DNA of 64,000 nt from Macrostomum lignano. Its lineage: Eukaryota. Under the pieces are notes generated by a model. It was not told the origin of the DNA. It searched no databases and worked only from the letters and a program-made list of their open reading frames with translations. Positions 39,233 to 50,705 of this stretch are shown one piece after another (the stretch's first letter is position 1; each line of letters begins with the position of its first letter). The position numbers and the translations under genes are program-made. The stretch spans positions 93,381 to 157,380 of the forward strand of contig NIVC01002604.1 of the NCBI GenBank assembly GCA_002269645.1. Reading direction: 5' to 3'.

Positions 39233-39509
39233 CAGGACTGCACCAGCCGCTACTGCCGGCGCCTCGACTCCGTGCTGAACCCGCGCCCCGACGGTCCAAC
39301 GCCGGGTGACGCCCGCCTGGCAGAGACTGCGCGCATGTTCCGGCGCCTCCGACCTGAGCAATTCTGCGAACTGGCCAGAGTTCACCTGGCCTTCCTGCTG
39401 GAGCTGCCGCACTTTGAAGGTGACGAAGACGAAGGCGACGTCGTCAGAGGAGGAAGCGGCAGAAGGACAAGTTTCCGGTTGCTGCCCAGACTGCCTGGCC
39501 TGAGGAGGC
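39233..39509 (+). CDS. ARHGAP19: ARHGAP19-like RhoGAP, exon 2
   Basis: RLRPEQFCELARVHLAFLLELP resembles the ARHGAP19-family N-terminal motif. CAGCAG tandem acceptor; GTGAGT donor, phase 1. Confidence 0.75.
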
Positions 39510-39726
39510 GTGAGTAGCTATCTTAACAAAACAGATTCATTGCATCAAGTAGATCCTGGGTTCGATTCCCCGTAGCCTAAGTTTTTTAGTTAGGGCCTTG
39601 ACCAGGGTCTTGGTACGAAAGTACACCGCTAATCCCAGCCTTCAATCCAGCCCACTCCAGCCGATTCAGCATGCGCCTCGGATAAATTCCGATAAATGCT
39701 TATGAATGTGTCACCTGCTTAGCCCG

Positions 39727-41009
39727 CCTCTGCTCTCCTCTCCCTCTCCTCTCCTTCCCTTCTCATCTCTCCCTCATCTCTCCCTCCCTCTCTTCCATTT
39801 TCCCCTCTCCTCTCCCTCATCTCTCTCTCCTCTCCCTCATTTCTCTCCTCTCCCTCCCTCTCTTCTCCTTCCCCTCTCCTCTCTCCCTCTCCTCTCCCTC
39901 TCCTCTCCTTCCCTTCTCATCTCTCCCTCATCTCTCCCTCCCTCTCTTCCATTTTCCCCTCTCCTCTCCCTCATCTCTCTCTCTCCTCTCCCTCATTTCT
40001 CTCCTCTCCCTCCCTCTCTTCTCCTTCCCCTCTCCTCTCTCCCTCTCCTCTCTCCCTCTCTTCTCTCCCTCTCCTCTCTCCCTCTCTTCTCTCCCTCTCC
40101 TCTCTCCCTCATCTCGCCCCTCTTCTCTCCTCTCTAGCTCGTATGTAGCCACATCAGACAGCACAGGCCCCGCAGCCATGATCCAGCGAGCCCCCTTAAG
40201 GTATAAGATGTTGCCAAGCTGAAGTCTAAGATACATATGGGCTATTTTACTATAGCAAATACATTGTATAAACAAACAAGAAGAGGGCTCGCTTATTCGA
40301 GTCAAAGCATCAAACTGATCCACTTATGCAGCCCTGAGGCACAAATTGAGGAAAAAAACATACACAAGTTTGCAATTTCAAATCGCAGAACATCGGACGA
40401 ACTCATAAAAATAATTTTTAGTTACTATGCTAGGCTTATAATGTGGAATCTTCCGCGAGCTAATGAGTGGCAGGCCTGAGAAGGTGGCCAATATTGCTGT
40501 GACTAATCTTGTAAAATGCTCATCAAGTAGTAGACAATGGGAGTAGTGGAATTGCTGCAGGGCAGGGGGACCCCCCCCCCACTGTTGCTGGCCCCCAACA
40601 GTGCTGATTGAGTTATAAGAGCCACTTCTAACCCCAGACAGTCACTGGCCTGAGGCATGGTCACTATTTTATACTGTGACACAAATAGGCCAGTGAGAAC
40701 AATGCTTTAAGTGTTTGTAGCAACGAGGTGCAAAAAGCACACAGCAGATGGGGTGCTAAACTCGCTGTGACGTCACGAGCAGCTCAGGATGGGGAGTGGT
40801 ACGGACTTGGGAGCTGCCGTGAGACTGGCCACTGTGGCCAGAAGGGGCTCATTCGCGGCCACTTTGGAGGCGAAAACTGCCCCGAGGACTCGAAACAGAC
40901 TGCAGGGGGCATTGTGCACAGATTGATTCTGAGTGGATGGCTTGATTTATGGATTGTGGGGCAAGGCAGACAGACAGACAGACAAACAGACACAGACAGA
41001 CAGACAGAA

Positions 41010-41042
<33 letters not shown>

Positions 41043-41085
41043 CAGACAGACAGAAAGACAGACAGACAGGCAGACAGACAGACAC
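39727..41085. repeat. CT-rich repeat (39727-40135) and (GACA)n (40967-41085) in RhoGAP intron 2
   Basis: Directly visible simple repeats. Confidence 0.9.
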
Positions 41086-41136
41086 AGCTGGATCATAAAA
41101 GCAACAATTACCACCAAACAAAAAACCCAATTGCAG

Positions 41137-41283
41137 TGGCGGTTCGCAGCCAGAGCAACCTCCCAGCTTCATCATTCTCGGCCACATCATTCGCTGCAAA
41201 TCGCGTCGGCCGTCCCGGTGGCGTCTCGGGACCCGTGGCCGCCGGGCTGTCGCTGCTGTTGCGTCACCTGCACGAGGGGGACC
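41137..41283 (+). CDS. ARHGAP19: ARHGAP19-like RhoGAP, exon 3
   Basis: ttgcag acceptor, 147 nt, phase 1-1. LSLLLRHLH is the helix preceding the EGIFR motif; GTGAGT donor. Confidence 0.75.
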
Positions 41284-41749
41284 GTGAGTTCTCAGGCATT
41301 TAAACAAATTGCAAATCCAGCTTCTCTACGACATCACACGCAGCCAGCAAGGCTAATTTTATCGCTCACTTCAAGAGGCAATTCTTCAACGAACCCCCTG
41401 CCGCGGCCGGCCCAAATCCCCAAAACAATGACGTCATTCCCGGATGGAAGACGCATTAAAAACATGCCCCATCCGAGTTGAAATTAGCAACCACTCGAGC
41501 GTTTCAAGCAGCTCGCAGTCGATAAAAATACGATTAGCAAAAAACAGACAATAAATAATGAGTTGGCGTAATCTGAGCCGGGCTTCTTAATTTTGGAAAT
41601 TCTTGGGATATTTTTATAATTGCCCAGATCAAGATTATTCCAAATCGTACCAATTTACCAATTTTTATTGACCGTCAGGATACACTCAGTGCCTTCAAAT
41701 GGAGGGTCGGCAGTCACATTACTGACTCATATGTGACCTACCTACAAGA

Positions 41750-42070
41750 TCACGACCCATCGTAGACTCAGCGTCGACCATTCGTTGACCCATCACCGAC
41801 CCATCACTGACCCATCACTGACCTATCACCGACACATTGTTAACCTATCACTGATCCATCGTTGACCCATCACCGATCCATCGTTGACCCATCACTGATC
41901 CATCGTTGACCCATCATCGATCTATCGTTGACTCATCACCGACCCATCACTTAATCCATCACTTACCCATCATCGATCCATCATCGATCCATCACTGACC
42001 CATCACCGACCCATCACTGACCCATCACCGACCCATCATTGACCCATCACCGACCCATCACTGACCCATT
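41750..42070. repeat. 11-bp minisatellite in RhoGAP intron 3
   Basis: (GACCCATCACY)n ending about 10 nt before the acceptor. Confidence 0.9.
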
Positions 42071-42079
42071 TCACCGCAG

Positions 42080-42283
42080 GCTACAAAACCGAAGGCATCT
42101 TCCGCAAGACCGGCAGCTGCGGTCGCCAGAAGGAGCTTCAACGCTGCCTTCTCGCTGGTGGTCGACCTCAACTTGATGCCTTCACAGTTCACGACGTGGC
42201 CAGCGTGCTCAAGCAGCTGCTGAGGTGCCCTGAGGAGCCACTCCTCAACGATCGCCACCTGGAAATCCTCGTCGCTATTGGAG
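42080..42283 (+). CDS. ARHGAP19: ARHGAP19-like RhoGAP, exon 4 (arginine finger)
   Basis: EGIFRKTGS..RQ and HDVASVLKQLLR..EEPLL are RhoGAP signature motifs. Missed by the ORF track. Confidence 0.9.
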
Positions 42284-42353
42284 GTGAGAAGCCAGAGATT
42301 TAAAGTTTATCGTAACGGCCTAACTTATTCATTTCCGTCCCTGACTCTTGCAG

Positions 42354-42598
42354 ATCTCGACGAGAAGATGCTGCGGACCGATAGCAAAGGTTTGCCGGCC
42401 CAGCCCCCGCTCCTTCTGCGCTGCCGCCGGCTTCGGGCTGCTCGACTGCTGATGCAGCTGCTGCCAGACGGTAGCGCCCGCCTGCTGGCCCGCCTGTTGC
42501 GACTCCTTGCCGCGGTAGCTGCGGCTCCGGTGACCCGGATGTCCTGCGCTACGCTGGGCACCGTGTTCGGCCCCGTGCTGCTGGGGAACAGCAAGTCG
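42354..42598 (+). CDS. ARHGAP19: ARHGAP19-like RhoGAP, exon 5
   Basis: LLMQLLP..SARLLARLLRLL..V...TRMS..TLGTVFGPVLL (RhoGAP C-terminal helices); follows a 70-nt intron. Confidence 0.88.
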
Positions 42599-42613
42599 GT
42601 GAGTTTTCTGGCC

Positions 42614-43195
42614 TGACCCATTCGGTGACCCATTCGGTGACCCATTCGGTGACCCATTCGGTGACCCATTCGGTGACCCATTCGGTGACCCATTCGGTGA
42701 CCCATTCGGTGACCCATTCGGTGACCCATTCGGTGGCCCATTCGGTGACCCATTCGGTGACCCATTCGGTGACCCATTCGGTGACCCATTCGGTGACCCA
42801 TTCGGTGACCCATTCGGTGACCCATTCGGTGACCCATTCGGTGACCCATTCGGTGACCCATTCGGTGACCCATTCGGTGACCCATTCGGTGACCCATTCG
42901 GTGACCCATTCGGTGACCCATTCGGTGACCCATTCGGTGACCCATTCGGTGACCCATTCGGTGACCCATTCGGTGACCCATTCGGTGACCCATTCGGTGA
43001 CCCATTCGGTGACCCATTCGGTGACCCATTCGGTGACCCATTCGGTGACCCATTCGGTGACCATTCGGTGACCCATTCGGTGACCCATTCGGTGACCCAT
43101 TCGGTGACCCATTCGGTGACCCATTCGGTGACCCATTCGGTGACCCATTCGGTGACCCATTCGGTGACCCATTCGGTGACCCATTCGGTGACCCA
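42614..43195. repeat. Near-perfect 12-bp minisatellite in RhoGAP intron 5
   Basis: (GACCCATTCGGT) about 48 copies, with one substitution and one 1-bp deletion. Confidence 0.97.
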
Positions 43196-43256
43196 ACAAC
43201 TAGTCAGCCTACAAAAATGTACATCAAGAGCACCAACTGTACTTACATCCCCTCAG

Positions 43257-43343
43257 TCCGAGCCGGGTCAAGTCCAAAAAAGAATCGAAAGTTTGAACAG
43301 CGCCACAGCGTTTCTCATCGCCAACTGCTCAACAATTCGACTG
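43257..43343 (+). CDS. ARHGAP19: ARHGAP19-like RhoGAP, exon 6
   Basis: IESLNSATAFLIAN resembles ARHGAP19 I.KLNS.MAFMI; ctcag acceptor and GTGAGT donor, phase 0-0. Confidence 0.82.
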
Positions 43344-43389
43344 GTGAGTTTTAGTTTATTCTTACTTTCACCCTGATGTAATCACTCTC

Positions 43390-45190
43390 AGTCTCACTCT
43401 GATAATCTCGCACGATGTCACTCCAACAGTTACTTTAACAGGCACTTCAACTTCCAACAATCTACAATATCAAAATATCTCTTTAACAGTCACTCTATTA
43501 GTCACTCTAACATTCACTCTAACAGTCACTCTTGTCACTCCAACAGTCACTCCAACAGTCACTCCAACAGACACTTTTACTGTCACTCCAACAGACCTTA
43601 TCACTGTCACTCCAACAGACACTCTCACAGTCACTCCAACAGACACTCTCACAGTCACTCCAACTCTCACAGTCATTCTCACTGTCACTCCAACTCTCAC
43701 AGTCACTCCAACTCTCACAGTCACTCCAACTCTCACAGTCACTCCAACAGTCACTTTAACAGTCACTAAAAACAGCCCAGCATTCACTTATGCCGTCCGT
43801 AACCGCCATTCAATCAATCCATCAGGTTCCCCGCACCTTCGCCGAGGACTTGAAGCGGCACTTTGATCAGCTGACTGCAGCCGCGGCCGCCGCCTCCGCC
43901 ACCAGCGCCGCCGGCGCTGCCTCCGAGGATCCGGTCTCGACGCCGACGCATTCCTCGACGGATGACTACAGCCAGAGGCAGCTGGCGGAGCTGATCGATC
44001 ACGTGAGCAGGCTGCCTCCCGGATGTCCGGACAGGCGCAGATTCGAGCGCCGATTTCAAAGCCACCTCCTTCAACAGCAGAAGCAGCAGCAGCTGTTGGC
44101 ACAGAAAAAATCCGACTCAATCAGGCGTCGGTGGAGAGAAATTGCCGACTCGTGCGACGCCAGCGGCAGTCGGGGCGGCATTGGGCGACTGCTGTCGTTT
44201 CGGGTGAGAGATCCGAGCGATTGTCAATACTGGTACACATAGTATGAAGATTTCTGGCTTTGGAGTTGCTATGGCTCATTTTTGTAGGGAAACTTCGAAA
44301 TGTTTCGTTTCAAAGTGTCACTCTCACAGCTAATCAAATAGATTAGAATTTGCTGCCATTGTCACTCCTATAGTTAGCCTCTCTTATCGTTACTCCATTA
44401 ATCACTCTCACGGTCACTCCAATTAGTCACTTCCACAGTCACTCCATTAGTCACTTCCACAGTCACTCCATTAGTCACTCCTATAGTCACTCCACTAGTC
44501 ACTCCACTAGTCACTCCCAAAGTCGCTCCACTAGTCACTCCCACAGTCGCTCCACTAGTCACTCCCACAGTCACTCCACTAGTCACTCCCACAGTCACTC
44601 CACTAGTCACTTCCACAGTCACTCTATTAGTCACTCCCACGGTCACTCCATTAGTCACTCCCAAGGTCACTCCATTGGTCACTCCCACGGTCACTCCCAT
44701 AAGCACTCCCACAGTCACTCCATTAGTCACTCCCACAGTCACTCCATTAGTCACTCCCACAGTCACTTCATTAGTCACTCCCACGGTCACTCCATTAGTC
44801 ACTCTCACGGTGACTAATCACTCCCACAGTCACTCCCATAATCACTCCCACAGTCACTTCATTAGTCACTCCCACAGTCACTCCACTAGTCACTCCCACA
44901 GTCACTCCACTAGTCACTTCCACAGTCACTCTATTAGTCACTCCCACGGTCACTCCATTAGTCACTCGCAAGGTCACTCCATTGGTCACTCCCACGGTCA
45001 CTCCCATAATCACTCCCACAGTCACTCCATTAGTCACTCCCACAGTCACTCCCATAATCACTCCCACAGTCACTCCATTAGTCACTCCCACGGTCACTCC
45101 ATTAGTCACTCCCACGGTCACTCCATTAGTCACTCCCACGGGCAATTAATTTGTCACTCCCGGTCCCATCATCACTCCCCATTAGTCACT
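43390..45190. repeat. CAGTCACTCC-type arrays in RhoGAP introns 6 (43390-43770) and 7 (44360-45190)
   Basis: Visible 10-12-bp units sharing GTCACT. Confidence 0.9.
43826..44203 (+). CDS. ARHGAP19: ARHGAP19-like RhoGAP, exon 7
   Basis: atcag acceptor, VPRTFAEDLKRHF..., GTGAGA donor, phase 0-0. Confidence 0.78.
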
Positions 45191-45378
45191 CTCATCTTCG
45201 TACTAGTCTCTCTAGCCTCTCACAATCATTTAAGAAGTTTACTCACTGATTCGCGCCAGATTTCAACCGATTGGGAAGTTAGTCCGATTGTTCCTACAAT
45301 GCAGTCGTAAGCAACTCCCCCAGAACTGTAGCTGCCTCATCAACACTAAAAACTTCTACTTTCGATTTCTGTTGGCAG

Positions 45379-45468
45379 AAGCGATTGCGTCAGAGCGGCA
45401 CCAGCTGCGCCAGACTGCCCGGCTGCAGTGGTTCAGCTGCAGTGGCGGCAGCATCTGCTGTCTGTGCG
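45379..45468 (+). CDS. ARHGAP19: ARHGAP19-like RhoGAP, exon 8
   Basis: ggcag acceptor, 30 codons, GTAAGC donor, phase 0-0. Confidence 0.68.
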
Positions 45469-45669
45469 GTAAGCAAATTCAAATATTTTTTATTTATGAA
45501 TTGTCTGCTAGAAAGCAGCTCAGAGACATTAGGAGCAGAAATACATGTTGCTACGTACTTGTCTGACGCAAGGACTACTTAAGTAGAAGGACGGGAAAAT
45601 TTCTTTTTTCTTGGAAAATCTTAGGAGGCAGGATTTACGGAGAATGGAGGTTCCGTAGGAGAGGAGTTT

Positions 45670-45870
45670 TTCTCCTCTCTCCTCTCATCTCTCCTCTCTC
45701 CTTTCATCTTTCTTCTCATCTCTCCTCACCTTTCATCTCTCATCTCTCCTCTCGTCTCTCTCCTCGTCTCCTCACCTTTCATCTCTCATCTCTCCTCTCA
45801 TCTCCTCACCTTTCTTCTTTCCTCTCATCTCTCATTTCTTCTCTCCTCTCTTCCATCATGTGTCATCTTC
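45670..45870. repeat. CT-rich repeat in RhoGAP intron 8
   Basis: CTCATCTCTC/CTCACCTTT iterations. Confidence 0.85.
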
Positions 45871-46035
45871 TCTTTGTTCTTCATTCCAATTCCCTCTCAT
45901 TTATACTCTAATCTGGCCCTCAGCAAAGATCTAGATTCCTTACCTGGCCCTTGGAGTAAAGATTTTGCCCATCCCTGGCTTATAGGAAGAGCATGCATGG
46001 CGAACGTGGATTTTCAAATTCCCATTGTTTTTCAG

Positions 46036-46374
46036 CCGTCGCCGCTGAAATCTCCAGTGCAGCCGCCAAGGCAGCCGCTGCTTCGCCGTCTGCTGCTCCT
46101 GGCCGCGAGTCGCCGTCAGTCGGCCTCTTCAAGCAGCAGTCATCAGCGTCGGCGACAGCAGCAGCGCGCCGCGGTGGTGTCTTCGCCAAAGCTGACCTTC
46201 TGCGACGTCGCTCACGAATCGTCGGCAAGCTGCTTGTCGCCGTTGTCGTCGCCGACGAGGTCGCCGTCGATCTGCCGCTGGCCAGCCTCGCCGTTGAATG
46301 GCATCAGCCAGGAGTCCACCGTGTTCGAAAGTCCCGCACGAGCGGCGCCGACCCAGCTGGTCACGGCGCTGTGA
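46036..46374 (+). CDS. ARHGAP19: ARHGAP19-like RhoGAP, terminal exon 9 (S/P-rich tail)
   Basis: ttttcag acceptor in frame to TGA; the nine exons sum to 1848 nt (615 aa). Confidence 0.72.
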   Translation, partial: PSPLKSPVQPPRQPLLRRLLLLAASRRQSASSSSSHQRRRQQQRAAVVSSPKLTFCDVAHESSASCLSPLSSPTRSPSICRWPASPLNGISQESTVFESPARAAPTQLVTAL

Positions 46375-46704
46375 ACTCGCTTTAAAACTACGGGTATAAT
46401 AGATGTAAACTTGAGCTGTGATCAGCTAATTGTCTATCGCCTGTCTATAGGTGTGTAATATAAATGTGTCAATATCTACTAGATAAACTTATCTGATAAT
46501 GGTCCCCAGAAAGTAAATTAATTTGTAAATAGAAATTGATTTTTTGCTGGCTTTGAAATCGTGATATACATTTTCTTGTAAATAAAACAAACCCATGCAG
46601 CTTTAATGGCTTTTAGCATGAAAAAATTAAATACGTTTTTAATTAATCAATCATTTTGTTTGTTTACGACAAAACAACCAAGTAAGAAGTCATGGTTTTT
46701 ATGG

Positions 46705-46763
46705 TGACGTCAGCTTAAGCGATGTAATGGAGCGATGTAAAGTTTAGCCAATGTCTCGCCAAT
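46705..46763 (+). promoter_or_regulatory. CRE (TGACGTCA) plus two CCAAT boxes
   Basis: TGACGTCA at 46705-46712; CCAAT at 46748 and 46759. Confidence 0.4.
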
Positions 46764-46829
46764 GTTTGGTTAAATATCTCATAATATAAGTATAACCCTT
46801 TCCACTGGCCGTAACGAATTATGGGTCGC

Positions 46830-47460
46830 ATTCACAAGCTCGAAAAAAGCTCAAAACTTCAAAAGCTTCATCACAATCTCGAAGCTTCATCACAAGCTCA
46901 AAACTTCATCACAATCTCAAAACTTCATCACAAGCTCGAAGCTTCATCACAAGCTCGAAGCTTCATCACAAGCTCGAAGCTTCATCACAAGCTCGAAGCT
47001 TCATCACAAGCTCGAAGCTTCATCACAAGCTCAAAACTTCATCACAAGCTCGAAGCTTCATCACAAGCTCGAAGCTTCATCACAAGCTCAAAACTTCATC
47101 ACAAGCTCGAAGCTTCATCACAAGCTCAAAACTTCATCACAAGCTCAAAACTTCATCACAATCTCAAAACTTCATCACAAGCTCGAAGCTTCATCACAAG
47201 CTCGAAGCTTCATCACAAGCTCGAAGCTTCATCACAAGCTCAAAACTTCATCACAAGCTCGAAGCTTCATCACAAGCTCAAAACTTCATCACAAGCTCGA
47301 AGCTTCATCACAAGCTCGAAGCTTCATCACAAGCTCGAAGCTTCATCACAAGCTCGAAGCTTCATCACTATTTCGAAACATCACAAGCTCGAAACTTCAT
47401 CTCAAGCTCGAAACTTCATCACAAGCTTGAAAAATCACAATCTAGCACTTCGAGCTTGTG
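46830..47460. repeat. 19-bp minisatellite related to the foldback element's subterminal repeat
   Basis: (GAAGCTTCATCACAAGCTC)n; shares CATCACAAGCTCGAA with 6610-8069. Confidence 0.92.
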
Positions 47461-47492
47461 AAATTTCAAGCTCATTTATTATGGCTCCTCAG

Positions 47493-47931
47493 TTATACGA
47501 GGAGCTCCTCGTATTTGCTGTACGTTGGCTGACTCAGTTAGTTTGCCTTAATTTGATATTCCCCGCTGTAATGAAGTGACGACCTGCTTGCCATACTAGA
47601 CCGCATCGTTCCACTTCACTGGTCAAGCAATTAAAAAAATTCTTAAGTAAAAAATACCCTAATTTCTTTGGTCTAGAGCAGAGATGCTGTCACACCTGAT
47701 GAAGCTATTTCGCAATTTGATTTGATCCATCAAGCGGTGACGGATTGAAATTGAATTGTCTTTTCATTTCTTCTTGCAACCCCTCCCCAGTGTTTGCAGA
47801 GGCATCCCCTGGCCAAGCACAGTCCGAGATTTGATAATTTAAGGCTCAAACTTTTATTTCAAACGTTGAGTAATGAGGAACGGCTCATGTTACTCTCTAT
47901 TATGCTTGGTTTGGAATGTTTTTTATCTAAC
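47493..47931 (+). other. Candidate small exons of an unidentified helical protein
   Basis: Canonically bounded open segments at 47493-47536, 47677-47736 and 47791-47931 (the last two join in phase 0: SRDAVTPDEAISQFDLIHQA-CLQRHPLAK...LECFLSN). CRE and CCAAT motifs upstream near 46.7 kb. Complete model not resolved. Confidence 0.4.
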
Positions 47932-48059
47932 GTAACCCCACCGGAGGCACCCATTGCCAGAGATTCTCGATTCACCATTTTCAGTTTTCAGCTGCATTTT
48001 TGAGCTGTGCAGGCAAGCGGATTAAATTACTGATGACTGTGGGAACTTGCAAAAAGCAA

Positions 48060-48960
48060 AGATTAAGCGGAGAGTCTCACTGAGACGAAGAGTAAGCGGA
48101 GAGTCTTACTGAGACGGAGAGTAAGTGGAGAGAGTCTTGCCGAGACGGAGAGTAAGCGGAGAGAGTATTACAGAGACGGAGAGTAAGCGGAGAGAGTCTC
48201 ACTGAGACGAAGAGTAAGCGGAGAGTCTTACTGAGACGGAGAGTAAGCGGAGAGTCTCACTGAGACGAAGAGTAAGCGGAGAGTCTTACTGAGACGGAGA
48301 TTAAGCGGAGAGAGTCTTGCAGAGACGGAGAGTAAGCGGAGAGAGTATTACAGAGACGGAGAGTAAGCGGAGAGAGTCTCACTGAGACGAAAAGTAAGCG
48401 GAGAGTCTTACTGAGACGGAGAGTAAGCGGAGAGTCTCACTGAGACGAAGAGTAAGCGGAGAGAGTCTTGCAGAGACGGAGAGTAAGCGGAGAGAGTCTT
48501 GCAGAGACGGAGAGTAAGCGGAGAGAGTCTTGCAGACACGAAGAGTAAGCGGAGAGAGTCTTGCAGACACGAAGAGTAAGCGGAGAGAGTCTTGCCGAGA
48601 CGGAGAGTAAGCGGAGAGAGGATTACCGAGACGGAGAGTAAGTGGAGAGAGTCTCACTGAGACGAAGAGTAAGCGGAGAGAGGATTACAGAGATGGAGAG
48701 TAAGCGGAGAGAGGATTACAGAGACGGAGAGTAAGCGGAGACAGTCTTGCAGAGACGGAGAGTAAGCGGAGACAGTCTTGCAGAGACGGAGAGTAAGCGG
48801 AGACAGTCTTGCAGAGACGGAGAGTAAGCGGAGACAGTCTTGCAGAGACGGAGAGTAAGCGGAGACAGTCTTGCAGAGACGGAGAGTAAGCGGAGACAGT
48901 CTTGCAGAGACGGAGAGTAAGCGGAGACAGTCTTGCAGAGACGGAGAGTAAGCGGATAGA
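48060..48960. repeat. 31-33-bp minisatellite
   Basis: GAGACGGAGAGTAAGCGGAGA(GA)GTCTTGCA-like units. Confidence 0.93.
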
Positions 48961-49411
48961 ATTTTATTGATGTCGAGTGTAAGCGAAGAGAGACTTACTG
49001 AGATTTAGATAATTTGTGACAGTTTAATACCTGAAAATCAAGAGCCAAGCTGCGCACTATTTCCCAAAGATTTCAGATTGCCAAAGTCCATGGATAGCAA
49101 CAACAGCTGCGCACATGGGGCACCGCAACGGTCCAGATGTCCACCAATATTAGCGCATACGGCTTGAATATCAGAGCAGAAAAGGCGAATTCATCAATCA
49201 CGGCAGGTGAGTATAATAAGTGGCTTTCTTATTACTGAAGTCTTGCCAATCTTTAGCCTGTGCCTCCGCATCGGGGCGTGAAATTCGCAGGTGTGTGAAA
49301 GGGGTATTATTAAACTGAAATTGCAGGACGCAAAGTCCAAGTTCTAAAATTCTGGAGTCCATGGACAACTATTGTAACAGATTGGAGGAATTATGGTAAT
49401 TAGAAGTTTTT

Positions 49412-49918
49412 TCAGTCAGTCAGTCAGTCAGTCAGTCAGTCAGTCAGTCAGTCAGTCAGTCAGTCAGTCAGTCAGTCAGTCAGTCAGTCAGTCAGTCAGT
49501 CAGTCAGTCAGTCAGTCAGTCAGTCAGTCAGTCAGTCAGTCAGTCAGTCAGTCAGTCAGTCAGTCAGTCAGTCAGTCAGTCAGTCAGTCAGGCAGTCAGT
49601 CAGTCAGTCAGTCAGTCAGTCAGTCAGTCAGTCAGTCAGTCAGTCAGTCAGTCAGTCAGTCAGTCAGGCAGTCAGTCAGTCAGTCAGTCAGTCAGTCAGT
49701 CAGTCAGTCAGTCAGGCAGGCAGGCAGTCAGTCAGTCAGTCAGTCAGTCAGTCAGTCAGTCAGTCAGTCAGTCAGTCAGTCAGTCAGTCAGTCAGTCAGT
49801 CATTCAGTCAGTCAGTCAGTCAGTCAGTCAGTCAGTAGTCAGTCAGTCAGTCAGTCAGTCAGTCAGTCAGTCAGTCAGTCAGTCAGTCAGTCAGTCAGTC
49901 AGTCAGTCAGTCAGTCAG
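49412..49918. repeat. (CAGT)n microsatellite, about 500 bp
   Basis: Directly visible, with a few CAGG interruptions. Confidence 0.97.
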
Positions 49919-50264
49919 TTAAAACAATCGACGCTGAAGCACAATGGGAATTCAGTTCTGATCAGGTGTTTTATCCAAAGCATAGCCAGGACTCAGGTGT
50001 CAGCTGCGCAGTATGGGCCAAGTTTTAATTAGGTTCACACAGATGAGTCCTATGCACACCCGCTGAGAACAGTTGGAAGAGGAGACCACCAAGAGAGAGC
50101 GTTTGAGCCGCGTTGCATAGCAACCAACCAGCTATTAAAATTTAATTGGACTTGCCGTGAATCTGAGAGGAGCTGAAAACCTATTTTTAGAGAAATTATT
50201 AGCTGTTTCGAAAGGCTCATGGACACTGGCTATTTTAGAAAAAATCTTTCATTATTTTTGAGTT

Positions 50265-50705
50265 CACATCACCTTGAGTCACATTCTTTGATCACTTGAT
50301 CACTCAAGTTGAGTTCACATCACCTTGAATCACATCTTTGATCACTTGATCACTCAAGTTGAGTTCACATCACCTTGACTCACATCTTTGATCACTTGAT
50401 CACTCAAGTTGAGTTCACATCACCTTGAGTCACATTCTTTGATCACTTGATCACTCAAGTTGAGTTCACATCACCTTGACTCACATCTTTGATCACTTGA
50501 TCACTCAAGTTGAGTTCACATCACCTTGAATCACATCTTTGATCACTTGATCACTCAAGTTGAGTTCACATCACCTTGACTCACATCTTTGATCACTTGA
50601 TCACTCAAGTTGAGTTCACATCACCTTGACTCACATCTTTGATCACTTGATCACTCAAGTTGAGTTCACATCACCTTGAATCACATGTTATCACTCATTG
50701 AGTTC
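50265..50705. repeat. 50/51-bp minisatellite
   Basis: GAGTTCACATCACCTTGAATCACATCTTTGATCACTTGATCACTCAAGTT, about 8.5 copies. Confidence 0.95.

Noticed and set aside
39515-39590. tRNA gene (GGGTTCGATTCCCC B-box)
   Set aside because: No A-box or cloverleaf could be built; at most a SINE remnant just after a splice donor.
40138-40200. Extra RhoGAP exon (tctag...AAG|GTATAA)
   Set aside because: Phase 0-0 while the flanking exons need phase 1; the phase-1 reading hits TAG.
40728-40950. GC-rich segment as a coding exon
   Set aside because: No consistent splice sites or recognisable motif on either strand.
37989-45310. SSLLISTHL, MGHR, VTEW, HSVT, VTVG and similar ORFs
   Set aside because: Translations of intronic minisatellites of the RhoGAP gene.
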